Assembly (NCBI GenBank): GCA_964594455.1
Contig: CAZQLY010000007.1
Location: 13,586 to 77,585 of the forward strand
Source of the DNA: an uncultured Gammaproteobacteria bacterium
Lineage (GTDB): Bacteria; Patescibacteriota; Patescibacteriia; JAHIZJ01
DNA length: 64,000 nt
Reading direction: 5' to 3'
In this document: in pieces, positions 38,883 through 47,835 of the stretch
How the letters are laid out: each line of letters begins with the position of its first letter
Numbering within the stretch: position 1 is the first letter of the stretch
Position numbers and translations under genes: made by a program
Notes under the pieces: model-generated
The model's input: only the letters and a program-made list of their open reading frames with translations
Databases searched by the model: none
What the model was told of the DNA's origin: nothing

Positions 38883-39623
38883 TTAAATTATATCAATAGT
38901 TTCTGGCTTAAGTAAACACCAGTCATGATTCCCATCTATGGATGTAATCTTACTATTGGATATTTTTTTATTAATTGAATGGGCATAATCTTTTTTAAAA
39001 ACCTCATCATCTTCTCCCCAAAGAATTATAGTTCTTGTTTTTTTTCGATTCATCACCTGAAATAATTCATTGGTGTAATCACTTTGTCCAAGGTTAACTG
39101 CTCGATTTAGTTTAAATAAGTTCAAAATGATTTCAGAAATAAAGTCTCTGGCAATTATAAATGATACGAATTTATTTGGATATTTTAGGATACCCCGAAC
39201 GGCTTTTAACAAGAATAAAAAAGAGATTTTATTAATGGTATATTTCGCCTGCTGACCAGTTGAGCTGACTAATATTAATTTCTTTACCATTGGTAACTGA
39301 GCTGCCAATTCCAAAGCAATGTCTCCACCAAATGAGTGGCCAGCAACCACTATATCAGATAATTTTAGTGACTTGATAAATTCGCTTAAAAATAAAGACA
39401 GGTCGTTTATTAGCCATTTTTCTTTTCCGTCAAAAGGGTTTTGGAAATAAGGAATAGTTGGTGCAATGATTGTATACTTCTTTGACAATATTTCAAATGT
39501 CTTAATATACGTTGTTGGTTTTAATCCAGCTCCATGCAGCCACAGCAAATAGGGCCCGCTTCCACAAGTCCAATAATCAGCCTGAATCCCTTTATATTCA
39601 AATGTTTTTTTATTCATATGCAT
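38883..39623 (-). CDS. alpha/beta hydrolase (intact)
   Basis: HGAG oxyanion motif (LWLHGAGL), GHSFGG nucleophile elbow, 246 aa. A paralogous-looking pseudogene lies at 36990-37748. Confidence 0.75.
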   Translation of the reverse strand: MHMNKKTFEYKGIQADYWTCGSGPYLLWLHGAGLKPTTYIKTFEILSKKYTIIAPTIPYFQNPFDGKEKWLINDLSLFLSEFIKSLKLSDIVVAGHSFGGDIALELAAQLPMVKKLILVSSTGQQAKYTINKISFLFLLKAVRGILKYPNKFVSFIIARDFISEIILNLFKLNRAVNLGQSDYTNELFQVMNRKKTRTIILWGEDDEVFKKDYAHSINKKISNSKITSIDGNHDWCLLKPETIDII

Positions 39624-39679
39624 TAAGATAAATAACTTAGCATTATAGCTATCTAAATTGTCTAGTCAAGTAGGCAGCA

Positions 39680-39707
39680 TTGACAACACAAAAATAATTG
39701 CTATTAT
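39680..39707 (+). promoter_or_regulatory. near-consensus sigma70 promoter with extended -10
   Basis: TTGACA -35, 16-nt spacer, TGcTATTAT extended -10, about 40 nt upstream of the SD/ATG of the 39749 gene. Confidence 0.45.
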
Positions 39708-39748
39708 TCATGCGTCATAGTTGTCCAGTACAAAGCAAAGGAGGGCTT

Positions 39749-40168
39749 ATGGACAGTAATTTGCCTGTGACGAAGACAGCCGATGTCAGCTTCGGTGACT
39801 TCACTTACGTTGCTCGTTACTATCGCATCACACCACTGGGAAGGTTCGCGGTCGGATTCGTTTTTGCTCTCGAACCACTGCAACCCGGCTCCGAGTGGCC
39901 AATCGATTGGGAGTCCTTCCTCTTCGCAGTAGCAGACGCTATTTCCTCTGCGGAAAGGATCGGTTCCTTGGGTGTTGGGCTCGTCTTCCTGGAGACTCAC
40001 CATGATGATGAGGAGCTTTGCCCAGGTGAAAGTGCCAGCCATGATCTGAGCATCGATATCACTGAGCAGGAAGCCCATATGCACAGGAGGGATAACGCAC
40101 CAGCTGATGCTCTTACGGCTTTTGCTGACCTGATCAGCGAACCAGAAACTGCGCCCACCACTGAGTGA
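39749..40168 (+). CDS. hypothetical 139-aa acidic protein (GC-rich island)
   Basis: AAAGGAGGG SD 5 nt before ATG (MDSNLPVTKTADVSF..), followed by terminator. The ORF table extends to 39698 but that upstream Met has no SD. The antisense ORF 39704-40084 is judged spurious. Confidence 0.55.
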   Translation: MDSNLPVTKTADVSFGDFTYVARYYRITPLGRFAVGFVFALEPLQPGSEWPIDWESFLFAVADAISSAERIGSLGVGLVFLETHHDDEELCPGESASHDLSIDITEQEAHMHRRDNAPADALTAFADLISEPETAPTTE

Positions 40169-40177
40169 TCAGCCCCT

Positions 40178-40206
40178 AGACCTGCTCCAACGTAGGTCTT
40201 TTTTTA
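40178..40206 (+). terminator. intrinsic terminator
   Basis: Hairpin agacct-N10-aggtct followed by TTTTTTT. Confidence 0.5.
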
Positions 40207-40248
40207 AGAATATGCTAATATATAGTTGTTATTATTAAGAACATAAAG

Positions 40249-41157
40249 ATGAAAAAGAGCTTAAGAATCTTTCTTATTTCTATTGCTTCAATTGCTCTTT
40301 CGGCAACTATTATTCATGCTGCTAGCTTGAACGTAACTAACCAGTTAGGCGGTTCTTCTGGTGATTCATTCGATATTGATGGAGCTATAATAGTAGATTC
40401 TATGAGGGTTGGCGCCCAAGGAGTGGGTGGTGTAACTTTTTTTAATGGGACTATCGTTAATGAAACAACGAACGACAGTGGCTTAGGCATGCCCGTAACA
40501 TTTGGAGATGATGTTAGAATAGATGGTTTAATCTACCGGTCTGAAATCGGTGGTGACAACCCAATCAAAATTGCTGACAGCCTGAGGCCGTCAAGTAACG
40601 GAGCATATTCATTAGGATCTTCAGATTATAAATTTAAAGATGCCTACCTTTCTGGAACACTGACAGTAGACACATTATCAGTTTCCAGTCTTGAAGGATC
40701 GGGTATAGTAAGCAGTAATAACATTCTTAACGGGTCTATTAAAGAGGATGATATTCTTCAAAATGCTATTACCAGTGATTTAATAGATAATGGCACAATT
40801 GCAACCGCCGACATATCAGACGGTGCTGTTAGTTATGATAAAATTAGCGGTCCAGGAGGCACGAATCTTCCCATTGCTTACGGAGTCATTGACGCTGATG
40901 GTAATATTCTCGGGGGTACATCAAATTTCACATGCACGTTAGTTGATGATGCTCCCGGCGTGGGTGATTGGTATGAGATTAGCATCGAAGGCGAATCTCT
41001 AAGTGCCATACAACACGTAACAATTGCAAATACTCTTGCCGACGGTGGTATGGCAAATATATTTTCTAATGACGGTAACGTAGTAATATATTTCAGAGAC
41101 TTTGATGGAGATTATGTATTACCACAAGGATTCTATTTTGTAACTTATAAATTATAG
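40249..41157 (+). CDS. secreted Gly/Ser/Asp-rich beta-type surface protein (fibre-like)
   Basis: Signal peptide MKKSLRIFLISIASIALSATIIHA, repetitive G/S/D/T-rich sequence. Confidence 0.55.
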   Translation: MKKSLRIFLISIASIALSATIIHAASLNVTNQLGGSSGDSFDIDGAIIVDSMRVGAQGVGGVTFFNGTIVNETTNDSGLGMPVTFGDDVRIDGLIYRSEIGGDNPIKIADSLRPSSNGAYSLGSSDYKFKDAYLSGTLTVDTLSVSSLEGSGIVSSNNILNGSIKEDDILQNAITSDLIDNGTIATADISDGAVSYDKISGPGGTNLPIAYGVIDADGNILGGTSNFTCTLVDDAPGVGDWYEISIEGESLSAIQHVTIANTLADGGMANIFSNDGNVVIYFRDFDGDYVLPQGFYFVTYKL

Positions 41158-41164
41158 TTGCAAT

Positions 41165-41199
41165 AAAAAAAACCGCGCAACACCCAGGCGGTTTTTTTA
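41165..41199. terminator. bidirectional intrinsic terminator
   Basis: AAAAAAAA-aaccgc-N11-gcggtt-TTTTTTT between convergent genes. Confidence 0.6.
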
Positions 41200-41204
41200 T
41201 TTAC

Positions 41205-41744
41205 TTACAAGCTTCTGCGCCTAAGCAAAATGATTACTACAACAAAACCTATCAGCAAAATAACAACAATCGCGCTATAGAGAATAATATTATTATTGTT
41301 GTTGTTCTCGTCACTGCTCGATACTTCATCAGAATTAACTACTACCACCTCTCCTGTTTCGTCGACTACATAATCACTAGTATCTGTTTCATCGTTAGTA
41401 TTGGTTTGAACAACTGTGGTTGTGTTGGTATTTCCATTGCTCTGAAGAACCTCCAAGGTCACTCCAATATTACCTTCGACAAATGTATAACCTAGGCCCT
41501 GGCAGCATGCCTCGATCGTTTGACTAGTCTCACAATTAATACTTGTCTCTATCTCAACCCAACCATCTGGGACATATACTTGTTCCCCGCCACCATCTTC
41601 CCAAAAAGCACCACATTTTTTTTCATTGCCATTGATAACCATAGATACGTCGGTGTCGGGTGTCTCATCCGGAGCTTCTTCCGCTGCTATGGTCACTAAC
41701 GGTAATATTAATAATAAAATTGCGATTACTAATAACTTTTTCAT
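41205..41744 (-). CDS. surface-anchored Cys-containing, Thr-rich protein with C-terminal TM anchor
   Basis: Signal peptide, Cys-rich region, TNTTTVVQTNTNDETDT stalk, C-terminal hydrophobic helix plus RRRSL stop-transfer. Confidence 0.5.
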   Translation of the reverse strand: MKKLLVIAILLLILPLVTIAAEEAPDETPDTDVSMVINGNEKKCGAFWEDGGGEQVYVPDGWVEIETSINCETSQTIEACCQGLGYTFVEGNIGVTLEVLQSNGNTNTTTVVQTNTNDETDTSDYVVDETGEVVVVNSDEVSSSDENNNNNNIILYSAIVVILLIGFVVVIILLRRRSL

Positions 41745-41758
41745 TTTTTTATATTTAA

Positions 41759-42991
41759 TTATCGGCTAAATCCCCATTTGATAAGGCTTTCAGTCTCGTT
41801 TGATACGCTATGGCGCCACAGCGATGGATTCCCTAATAAAATTGCGGTTATCTCCTGGCCTTGTGAATTCTTGGCTCTGGTCATTAAACAGTATCCTGCT
41901 TCATCTAAATATCCAGTCTTGCCTCCTATTAAGTATAAATCAGATTCCTGAACCAGTAAATTTGTGTTTTTAATATGATGGTAATGACCGGTATTGATCA
42001 TAGAAAAGTTATAGGCGGGTGAAGTTGTAGCTTGTGATATGATAAAGTAATTTAGCGCCTTATTACTTAACAGTATTAAATCACGAACTGTTGATTTATT
42101 GGTCACTTCCAACCCGGTCGGATCAGTAAATGTTGTATTATTCATGCCAATTGTTTCTGCCTTATGATTCATTTTTGAAACAAACTCAGCTTCAGACAAA
42201 CCAGTGGAACGTGCCAAAGCCCGAGCCGCATTGTTAGCTGAGCCAATCAGCATAGTATAAAAAAGATCTTTGACGGTTAAAGTTTCGCCAATTGACGCAT
42301 AGAGTTTCGCTCCGATAGCCATGTCATTAGATTCCAATGTTACCACTGTATCCCAGCCAGGATTATTGTCCAAAAAAACCAAGGCGTTCATCAGTTTGGT
42401 TAGACTGGCGATCGATCTTACTTCATCAGCATTCTTTTCGTACAAAACCTGACTGGTTTCTTTATCAACTACTATGGCTAATTCTGAAGTAATGGTGGGA
42501 AGATCCGGACTGCTGGCAAAAATCGCTACCTGAGAAAATGGAAAATGGATGTAGGTTTTAACTGTGTGGTTTTGAATATCAACGTTGGCCGGAATTGTCT
42601 GCCATTGATTAGTTATCCGATTAAAAAATTTAAACTCCACGTCATTGTAAGACGAATCGTATTGCAGCGAGAGCGCAATGGGTTTTTCTAAGACGGTCGG
42701 GTTGGGTACACGAATATCGTATTGGAAGATATCGCTGGCCAGCCTCTGATTTGCTGGTATCTCAAATTCTTCCTGAGCCAGCTTTCTAACCTTTACCCAA
42801 GCGGCATCCGAGAGAATATTTGGCATTATTCCCACCCGAAATAAATTTTCACGATCAGGAATCGTATAGCCCCGCTGGATTGTTGGCTCGTCCAAATGAA
42901 TGGCTCGTTCAGTTAAAATACCGGCCCGGGCTGAATTCCCCAAGATAAATAAACCAACTCCCAGGATAATCGTATAGACCACTTTTCTCAT
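41759..42991 (-). CDS. dacA: D-alanyl-D-alanine carboxypeptidase (S11, PBP5/6-like)
   Basis: Signal peptide. SIASLTK (SxxK), SAN (SxN) and KTGY (KTG) motifs. Confidence 0.8.
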   Translation of the reverse strand: MRKVVYTIILGVGLFILGNSARAGILTERAIHLDEPTIQRGYTIPDRENLFRVGIMPNILSDAAWVKVRKLAQEEFEIPANQRLASDIFQYDIRVPNPTVLEKPIALSLQYDSSYNDVEFKFFNRITNQWQTIPANVDIQNHTVKTYIHFPFSQVAIFASSPDLPTITSELAIVVDKETSQVLYEKNADEVRSIASLTKLMNALVFLDNNPGWDTVVTLESNDMAIGAKLYASIGETLTVKDLFYTMLIGSANNAARALARSTGLSEAEFVSKMNHKAETIGMNNTTFTDPTGLEVTNKSTVRDLILLSNKALNYFIISQATTSPAYNFSMINTGHYHHIKNTNLLVQESDLYLIGGKTGYLDEAGYCLMTRAKNSQGQEITAILLGNPSLWRHSVSNETESLIKWGFSR

Positions 42992-43063
42992 ACTTATATT
43001 TTACATTTTCAAACAAAAAGAAACAACCCCCTTTTATGAGGGTTGCTCCTATTTTAGGAATAT

Positions 43064-44185
43064 TTAACGTGTAGCGTAGAGTTGTTCTGTTTGATTGGCA
43101 ATCTTGTGCCAGTTAAATTCTTTCAATACTGTTTGGCGAGCGCTTTTACCAATCTTTTTGGTCTGAACAGGTTTTTGAAGCAGCTCAGCTAATTTCTTCT
43201 GTAGGTCATTGACGTCTTTATTCTTGAAGGTGTAACCAATATTCTCCTTATTAGCGCGAATGACTTCCATATTTTCCGGGATGTTACTGGCTAAGGCACA
43301 CTGGCCATATCCAGCCGCTTCCAGCAAGGCAATCGGCAAGCCTTCCGACTCAGATGGCAAGACAAATAAATAGGCATTGGAATACAGCTCGGATAAAGTC
43401 TTGCCTTTTTGAAAACCAGTGAAGATAATACGCGGATCATTGCCAGCAATCTCCTTTAAGCGCTTAACATAAGCGTCAGTGAAAAAGGACCCGCCAGCAA
43501 TCACTAATCTTTTATTAGTATTAATTCTTTTATATGCCTCAATTAAGTAATGAATTCCTTTGTGCGGAATCAAACGAGACACAGCCAAGATATACTGGTC
43601 AGTAATCAAGCCGAATTTATTCTTAATCAGCTTGGCTTTTGACTGCTTTAAGAAATCTTTGGAAATTCCGTTCGGAATATAGATTGGTTTCTTGTTAAAT
43701 GATTTAACACAATATTTCTGAATTGACTTGGATACTGCAATAGTTTGATGCGGGAAGACCAATGAGGCCCACTCACCCAGCCAAAGCATGTACCGAGCAA
43801 ACCCATTCCATTTCTGGTGTCGACGATCAACACAGTGAAAGGTAGACACCACTTTGGCTTTGCGGCTAAATATTCTAGGAATAAACGATAAGAGAGACGG
43901 ACCAACACCGTGGTAATGGATAATGTCATACCCTTTTGTCGCCGCGTGAATCGACGAAAAAAGAGTATGAGTAATAGCATCCAAATGTTTGGTTCGTAAT
44001 GAGTTTATACTAATCAAGCGAATACCCTTGTAGGTTTTACGGTTCGCCTTTGTATAATAAGGCCGCGTATAGACAGTAACTTGATGGCCTCTTTTTACCA
44101 ATTCCAAGGACAGCTCCTCAACGTGGCGTTCTATACCGCCAAATTGAGCCGGTATTCCCTTTTGGCCAATTATAGCTATTTTCAT
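43064..44185 (-). CDS. family-4 glycosyltransferase (GT-B, retaining)
   Basis: GT4 C-terminal E-x7-E region (SEGLPIALLEAAGYG), 373 aa. Confidence 0.8.
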   Translation of the reverse strand: MKIAIIGQKGIPAQFGGIERHVEELSLELVKRGHQVTVYTRPYYTKANRKTYKGIRLISINSLRTKHLDAITHTLFSSIHAATKGYDIIHYHGVGPSLLSFIPRIFSRKAKVVSTFHCVDRRHQKWNGFARYMLWLGEWASLVFPHQTIAVSKSIQKYCVKSFNKKPIYIPNGISKDFLKQSKAKLIKNKFGLITDQYILAVSRLIPHKGIHYLIEAYKRINTNKRLVIAGGSFFTDAYVKRLKEIAGNDPRIIFTGFQKGKTLSELYSNAYLFVLPSESEGLPIALLEAAGYGQCALASNIPENMEVIRANKENIGYTFKNKDVNDLQKKLAELLQKPVQTKKIGKSARQTVLKEFNWHKIANQTEQLYATR

Positions 44186-44309
44186 ATATTTGGCGTTACT
44201 TCTTAAATTAACGAAGTAGCTTATCAGATATTGGCCGCTTTGTCAAGATCCAAAGACCCGGTATCAAAAAACCACTAGCGTCTTAGTGGCTTTGATTTTA
44301 TTACAATCT

Positions 44310-45773
44310 TTATTCGACTACAACACCCTTGCCTTGCCCTAAGGCTTCGTTCAAATCGGTTGTCACGCTAGAAAAGCTTTTGGTAAGAGTGCTTCCACCT
44401 TTCATGGCAGTCAGAGCTGATTGACCCAATAAGGTTATCGTATTTCCCACGTCTGATACAATGGGTGTAATTTGAACTTCAAAACTTGCAGTCAATGTTT
44501 GTTGATTATTTTCTATCGATCCGATTGGCCAAGTAACTGTCCTGGTGTTGCTGTCATAACTAATGTTCTGCCCGGCTGATACACTAGCATTTCCCACCCA
44601 AACTACATTTTCAGGCAGCTGAGCCTTAACATCAGCACTGGTCAATTCTTGATTGTTTTTTATTGTCCAAAAGATGCGATACCCAGTCAGCTCCCCTACT
44701 TGAGGTGGGATCGGTCCATACCCAAATTGTACTCCAGCTGAACTGAAATAATGAGTCTCAGCTACAAATTCCAAGGTTTCAGTACCAGTTTGAGTGTTTC
44801 CGGTAATTAACTCTTCAGCAGTTTTTTCTGGCTTGATGGTTACTTTATATTCTGAATCCGCTATTAGTTTTCCTGAGGCGGTGACTTGAGCCGAAAATGT
44901 ATCAACCCTATTTTGTTCAGCTTCAGCACTTTTACCATGTAGACCCGTGGACCATTCTTTGCCAGCTTCAAGTTCATCGATATTAATCTCTAAAATATTG
45001 TTTGGGATAACAACTCCCGTTAAGAACACATAATCACTGGGAGGAGTAACAGTAACTTTTATATCTTGTAGGGTTTCTGCACCTGTATTCTTCAGAACTA
45101 AATTTAATATATATGATTCCGAGCCCACAGTCTCATCAGTTCCCAACCAACTGGCCACCAATGTTGATCCTGTAGTTTGATATAAATAAATTTCCGACTT
45201 GTCATATGTCTCATCGCCGCTGCTATAATAAACCAAAACCTTCACCATTGAAGAAGAATTAATGTCGTTTAATGTCTGCCCAGAAACAGTCAGATCAAAA
45301 CTCTGACCACCTTCTATTTTTTCTATCTGCCACAAGTTGTTTTGCTGGTTTGAAGGTTCTTGCGAAGCTGACTGATACTCAAAGTCTTCCGGATAGCTGA
45401 ACTCTATTTTTATTGTATTAAGGTTTGATTCACCGGGGTTCTTTAATGACAGCGTAAATTCTATTACTTCTCCACTGGAAACCGTCTCTGGTCCGCTGAG
45501 TGTCGCTTGGATTGAAGGACTGGGTAATAAATCACCTGATGTGAAGTAAAAAACGTTTAATACAATTAAGACAAAGATAATCAAAGCTAATATAGTATCA
45601 AGAATCAGATGACCTTTACGCCTATTTTCGTAGCGACCGTGGTATTTGGCTGCCAGCGGCGGCGCAAATACATTGAGCGTGCCGATAATAACCTGTCGTC
45701 CCTTGGTCTCTTTTTCTCTAGAAAAAACTTCGCCTTTTAGTACTGCTAATTTTTTGTCGTTTTCCTTACTCAT
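44310..45773 (-). CDS. membrane-anchored surface protein with DUF11/CARDB-like beta-sandwich repeats
   Basis: N-terminal TM helix, repeated ..LKNPGESNLNTIKIEFSYPEDFE.. / ..LKNTGAETLQDIKVTVTPPSDYVF.. modules. Confidence 0.5.
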   Translation of the reverse strand: MSKENDKKLAVLKGEVFSREKETKGRQVIIGTLNVFAPPLAAKYHGRYENRRKGHLILDTILALIIFVLIVLNVFYFTSGDLLPSPSIQATLSGPETVSSGEVIEFTLSLKNPGESNLNTIKIEFSYPEDFEYQSASQEPSNQQNNLWQIEKIEGGQSFDLTVSGQTLNDINSSSMVKVLVYYSSGDETYDKSEIYLYQTTGSTLVASWLGTDETVGSESYILNLVLKNTGAETLQDIKVTVTPPSDYVFLTGVVIPNNILEINIDELEAGKEWSTGLHGKSAEAEQNRVDTFSAQVTASGKLIADSEYKVTIKPEKTAEELITGNTQTGTETLEFVAETHYFSSAGVQFGYGPIPPQVGELTGYRIFWTIKNNQELTSADVKAQLPENVVWVGNASVSAGQNISYDSNTRTVTWPIGSIENNQQTLTASFEVQITPIVSDVGNTITLLGQSALTAMKGGSTLTKSFSSVTTDLNEALGQGKGVVVE

Positions 45774-45777
45774 ATTT

Positions 45778-47835
45778 TTAATATACTGAAGTTGTTAAAG
45801 CCAAAATATCTTCTGATCCATCATTATCAACATCAGAGATCGTCAGTTGTACACCACCACGATATGATAAATCATAAGCAAAGAAGCCTGGCAACACCAT
45901 GTTCCCAAACCGGTCTAAGATACGCACGTGCGGACCGCCACCTGGTCCGGCACCGGTGATAATTTCATCCATACCGTCATTATTAACATCTGTTACTGCC
46001 ACGCTGACTCCGCCGCGAAACCGTTCGTCATAGGCAAAGAATCCAGCCTCGACGTTGCCGTCGCGATCAAAAACTCTGATATGCGGGCCGCCAGTATAAC
46101 CCGCTCCAGTGATTATTTCATTCTTGCCGTCTTTATCTACATCGCCCACGGTCACATTAACACCTCCGCGGAAATGCTCGGCATAGGCAAAGAAGCCAGG
46201 GTGTATTAAATTGCCCTGATAATCAAATATTCTTACGTGCGGGCCGCCACCCTGGCCAGTACCGGTTACTATTTCTAACTTACCGTTACGATATAATTCA
46301 CCCACTGCTAAATTAATGCCTTTATCATAATTGGATCCGTAGGGCTGGAATTCTTTGGTTAAAAAACCACTGCTGTTGTATATTTGCACCTTACCGCTCC
46401 AGCCAACAATGATCTCGTTGTTTCCGTCCTGATCTAAATCCTCTTTTAAGATTGTCAGCCCACCAGCATAATCACTGTTGTAAGTAAAGAAGCCATGGCG
46501 CACGGTATTGCCTAGCGGATCAAATGATTGGGCATAGGCGCCGTTAATATATTGCCCAGACTCAATTTCAAACTGTCGTTTAAGTAAGATTATTCCGTCG
46601 TGTCCGGCTAGTTGAACTGATGTTATAATTTCACCTGAATTAACCGTGGTATCCTGAGAGCCTTTTATCTTTTCATATCCGCCTCCCAGATTAACTGATC
46701 GGGTTTGGCCGGATGAATTGACTAACACTATTCCGTTCTGGAAATCACGACGGCAGACTCCTGAGCTCAAATCGCTGGTGCTTCCGCTGTCAACATTATA
46801 TGCTTCACCGGACGGATCTCCTAAAATCACCTGAAATTCGTCATACCACCACAGGGCGTTGTGCTGGATTGAACCTTTGTCATAACTAAAGAAACCGTCA
46901 TTCATCAGAGTGCTGGTTAAAGTATAGCGCATATTTTTATAATCTGTGGCGCTGCCAGTGCTGGATCTTCCGTTTATAATCACTAACGAAGGTAAAAAGC
47001 TTTGTTGAATCGCATCATAATATTTGTCCATGGCACCAGACCAGCCTCCGTCTAAGACAGAGGGAAATTCTTCTACTAACCTGCCATTAACACTGGAGAA
47101 ATACTGACCGCCACCATTACCTACTATTATAGCGCCATCGCCTTCTAACTCCCGCGATTTTTCTAAAAGATTACTCATTCCTTCACGCCAAGCACTGTCT
47201 AGAACGCTGCTGGTTTCGGCCACACCGTCACGATTTAAATCGATATCACCGTCGTTCAACCAGGAGATATCATTCCACATGTTGTCATAAAAAATTCCAT
47301 CCCAGTATCCGGTCGACATCACATTGTCATGCATGAATTGGGGTAAATAATTGTACCAGCGTTCGCTGTTGCTCCAGTCTCCCGTCGGGGTGACGTTAAT
47401 CATCTTGGTATTGGGCCAGAACACGACCGTATCTCCACTGGAATCTTTGAGCCACCAATCCTCTTGAAATCCTTGATACAGCTGATAGTGCGGATCATCC
47501 GTATCAGTGATCTCACCATATGAATTAGGTATTTCTTGTGATAAGACGTAGGCCAAAATAACTATATCTGAATTTAACCGCTTCAACTCCTGCAGCGCGC
47601 TGGGGCTGGTATATTGCAGTTCCAATCCTACTATGACCGTATCCCAGCGCGACAAGCTGGTTGCTTCTTCCATTGATAAGGTGGGCTGCAAGAACATGTT
47701 GGCCAGCCGAGGGTATTTATCAACCAGGGTTCTACTTTCAGAAGATCTTGTAAACAATATTAAACCGCCAATAGCTAATAATGCTATAGCAAATGTTAAA
47801 AAGTATCTATTTTTTTTCAGCCAGTAAAGATTCAT
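45778..47835 (-). CDS. membrane-anchored protein with N-terminal glycoside-hydrolase-like domain and C-terminal FG-GAP/VCBS repeats
   Basis: Four or more repeats of GxFxxxxxxxRGGVxVxVxDVDxDGxxEIITGAGxGGGPHVRIFD, characteristic of integrin-alpha-type beta-propeller blades. Confidence 0.6.
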   Translation of the reverse strand: MNLYWLKKNRYFLTFAIALLAIGGLILFTRSSESRTLVDKYPRLANMFLQPTLSMEEATSLSRWDTVIVGLELQYTSPSALQELKRLNSDIVILAYVLSQEIPNSYGEITDTDDPHYQLYQGFQEDWWLKDSSGDTVVFWPNTKMINVTPTGDWSNSERWYNYLPQFMHDNVMSTGYWDGIFYDNMWNDISWLNDGDIDLNRDGVAETSSVLDSAWREGMSNLLEKSRELEGDGAIIVGNGGGQYFSSVNGRLVEEFPSVLDGGWSGAMDKYYDAIQQSFLPSLVIINGRSSTGSATDYKNMRYTLTSTLMNDGFFSYDKGSIQHNALWWYDEFQVILGDPSGEAYNVDSGSTSDLSSGVCRRDFQNGIVLVNSSGQTRSVNLGGGYEKIKGSQDTTVNSGEIITSVQLAGHDGIILLKRQFEIESGQYINGAYAQSFDPLGNTVRHGFFTYNSDYAGGLTILKEDLDQDGNNEIIVGWSGKVQIYNSSGFLTKEFQPYGSNYDKGINLAVGELYRNGKLEIVTGTGQGGGPHVRIFDYQGNLIHPGFFAYAEHFRGGVNVTVGDVDKDGKNEIITGAGYTGGPHIRVFDRDGNVEAGFFAYDERFRGGVSVAVTDVNNDGMDEIITGAGPGGGPHVRILDRFGNMVLPGFFAYDLSYRGGVQLTISDVDNDGSEDILALTTSVY

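Noticed and set aside
39704-40084. Minus-strand 126-aa ORF overlapping the 39749-40168 gene
   Set aside because: The plus-strand ORF has the AAAGGAGGG SD, an upstream consensus promoter and a downstream terminator. The minus-strand ORF has none of these.
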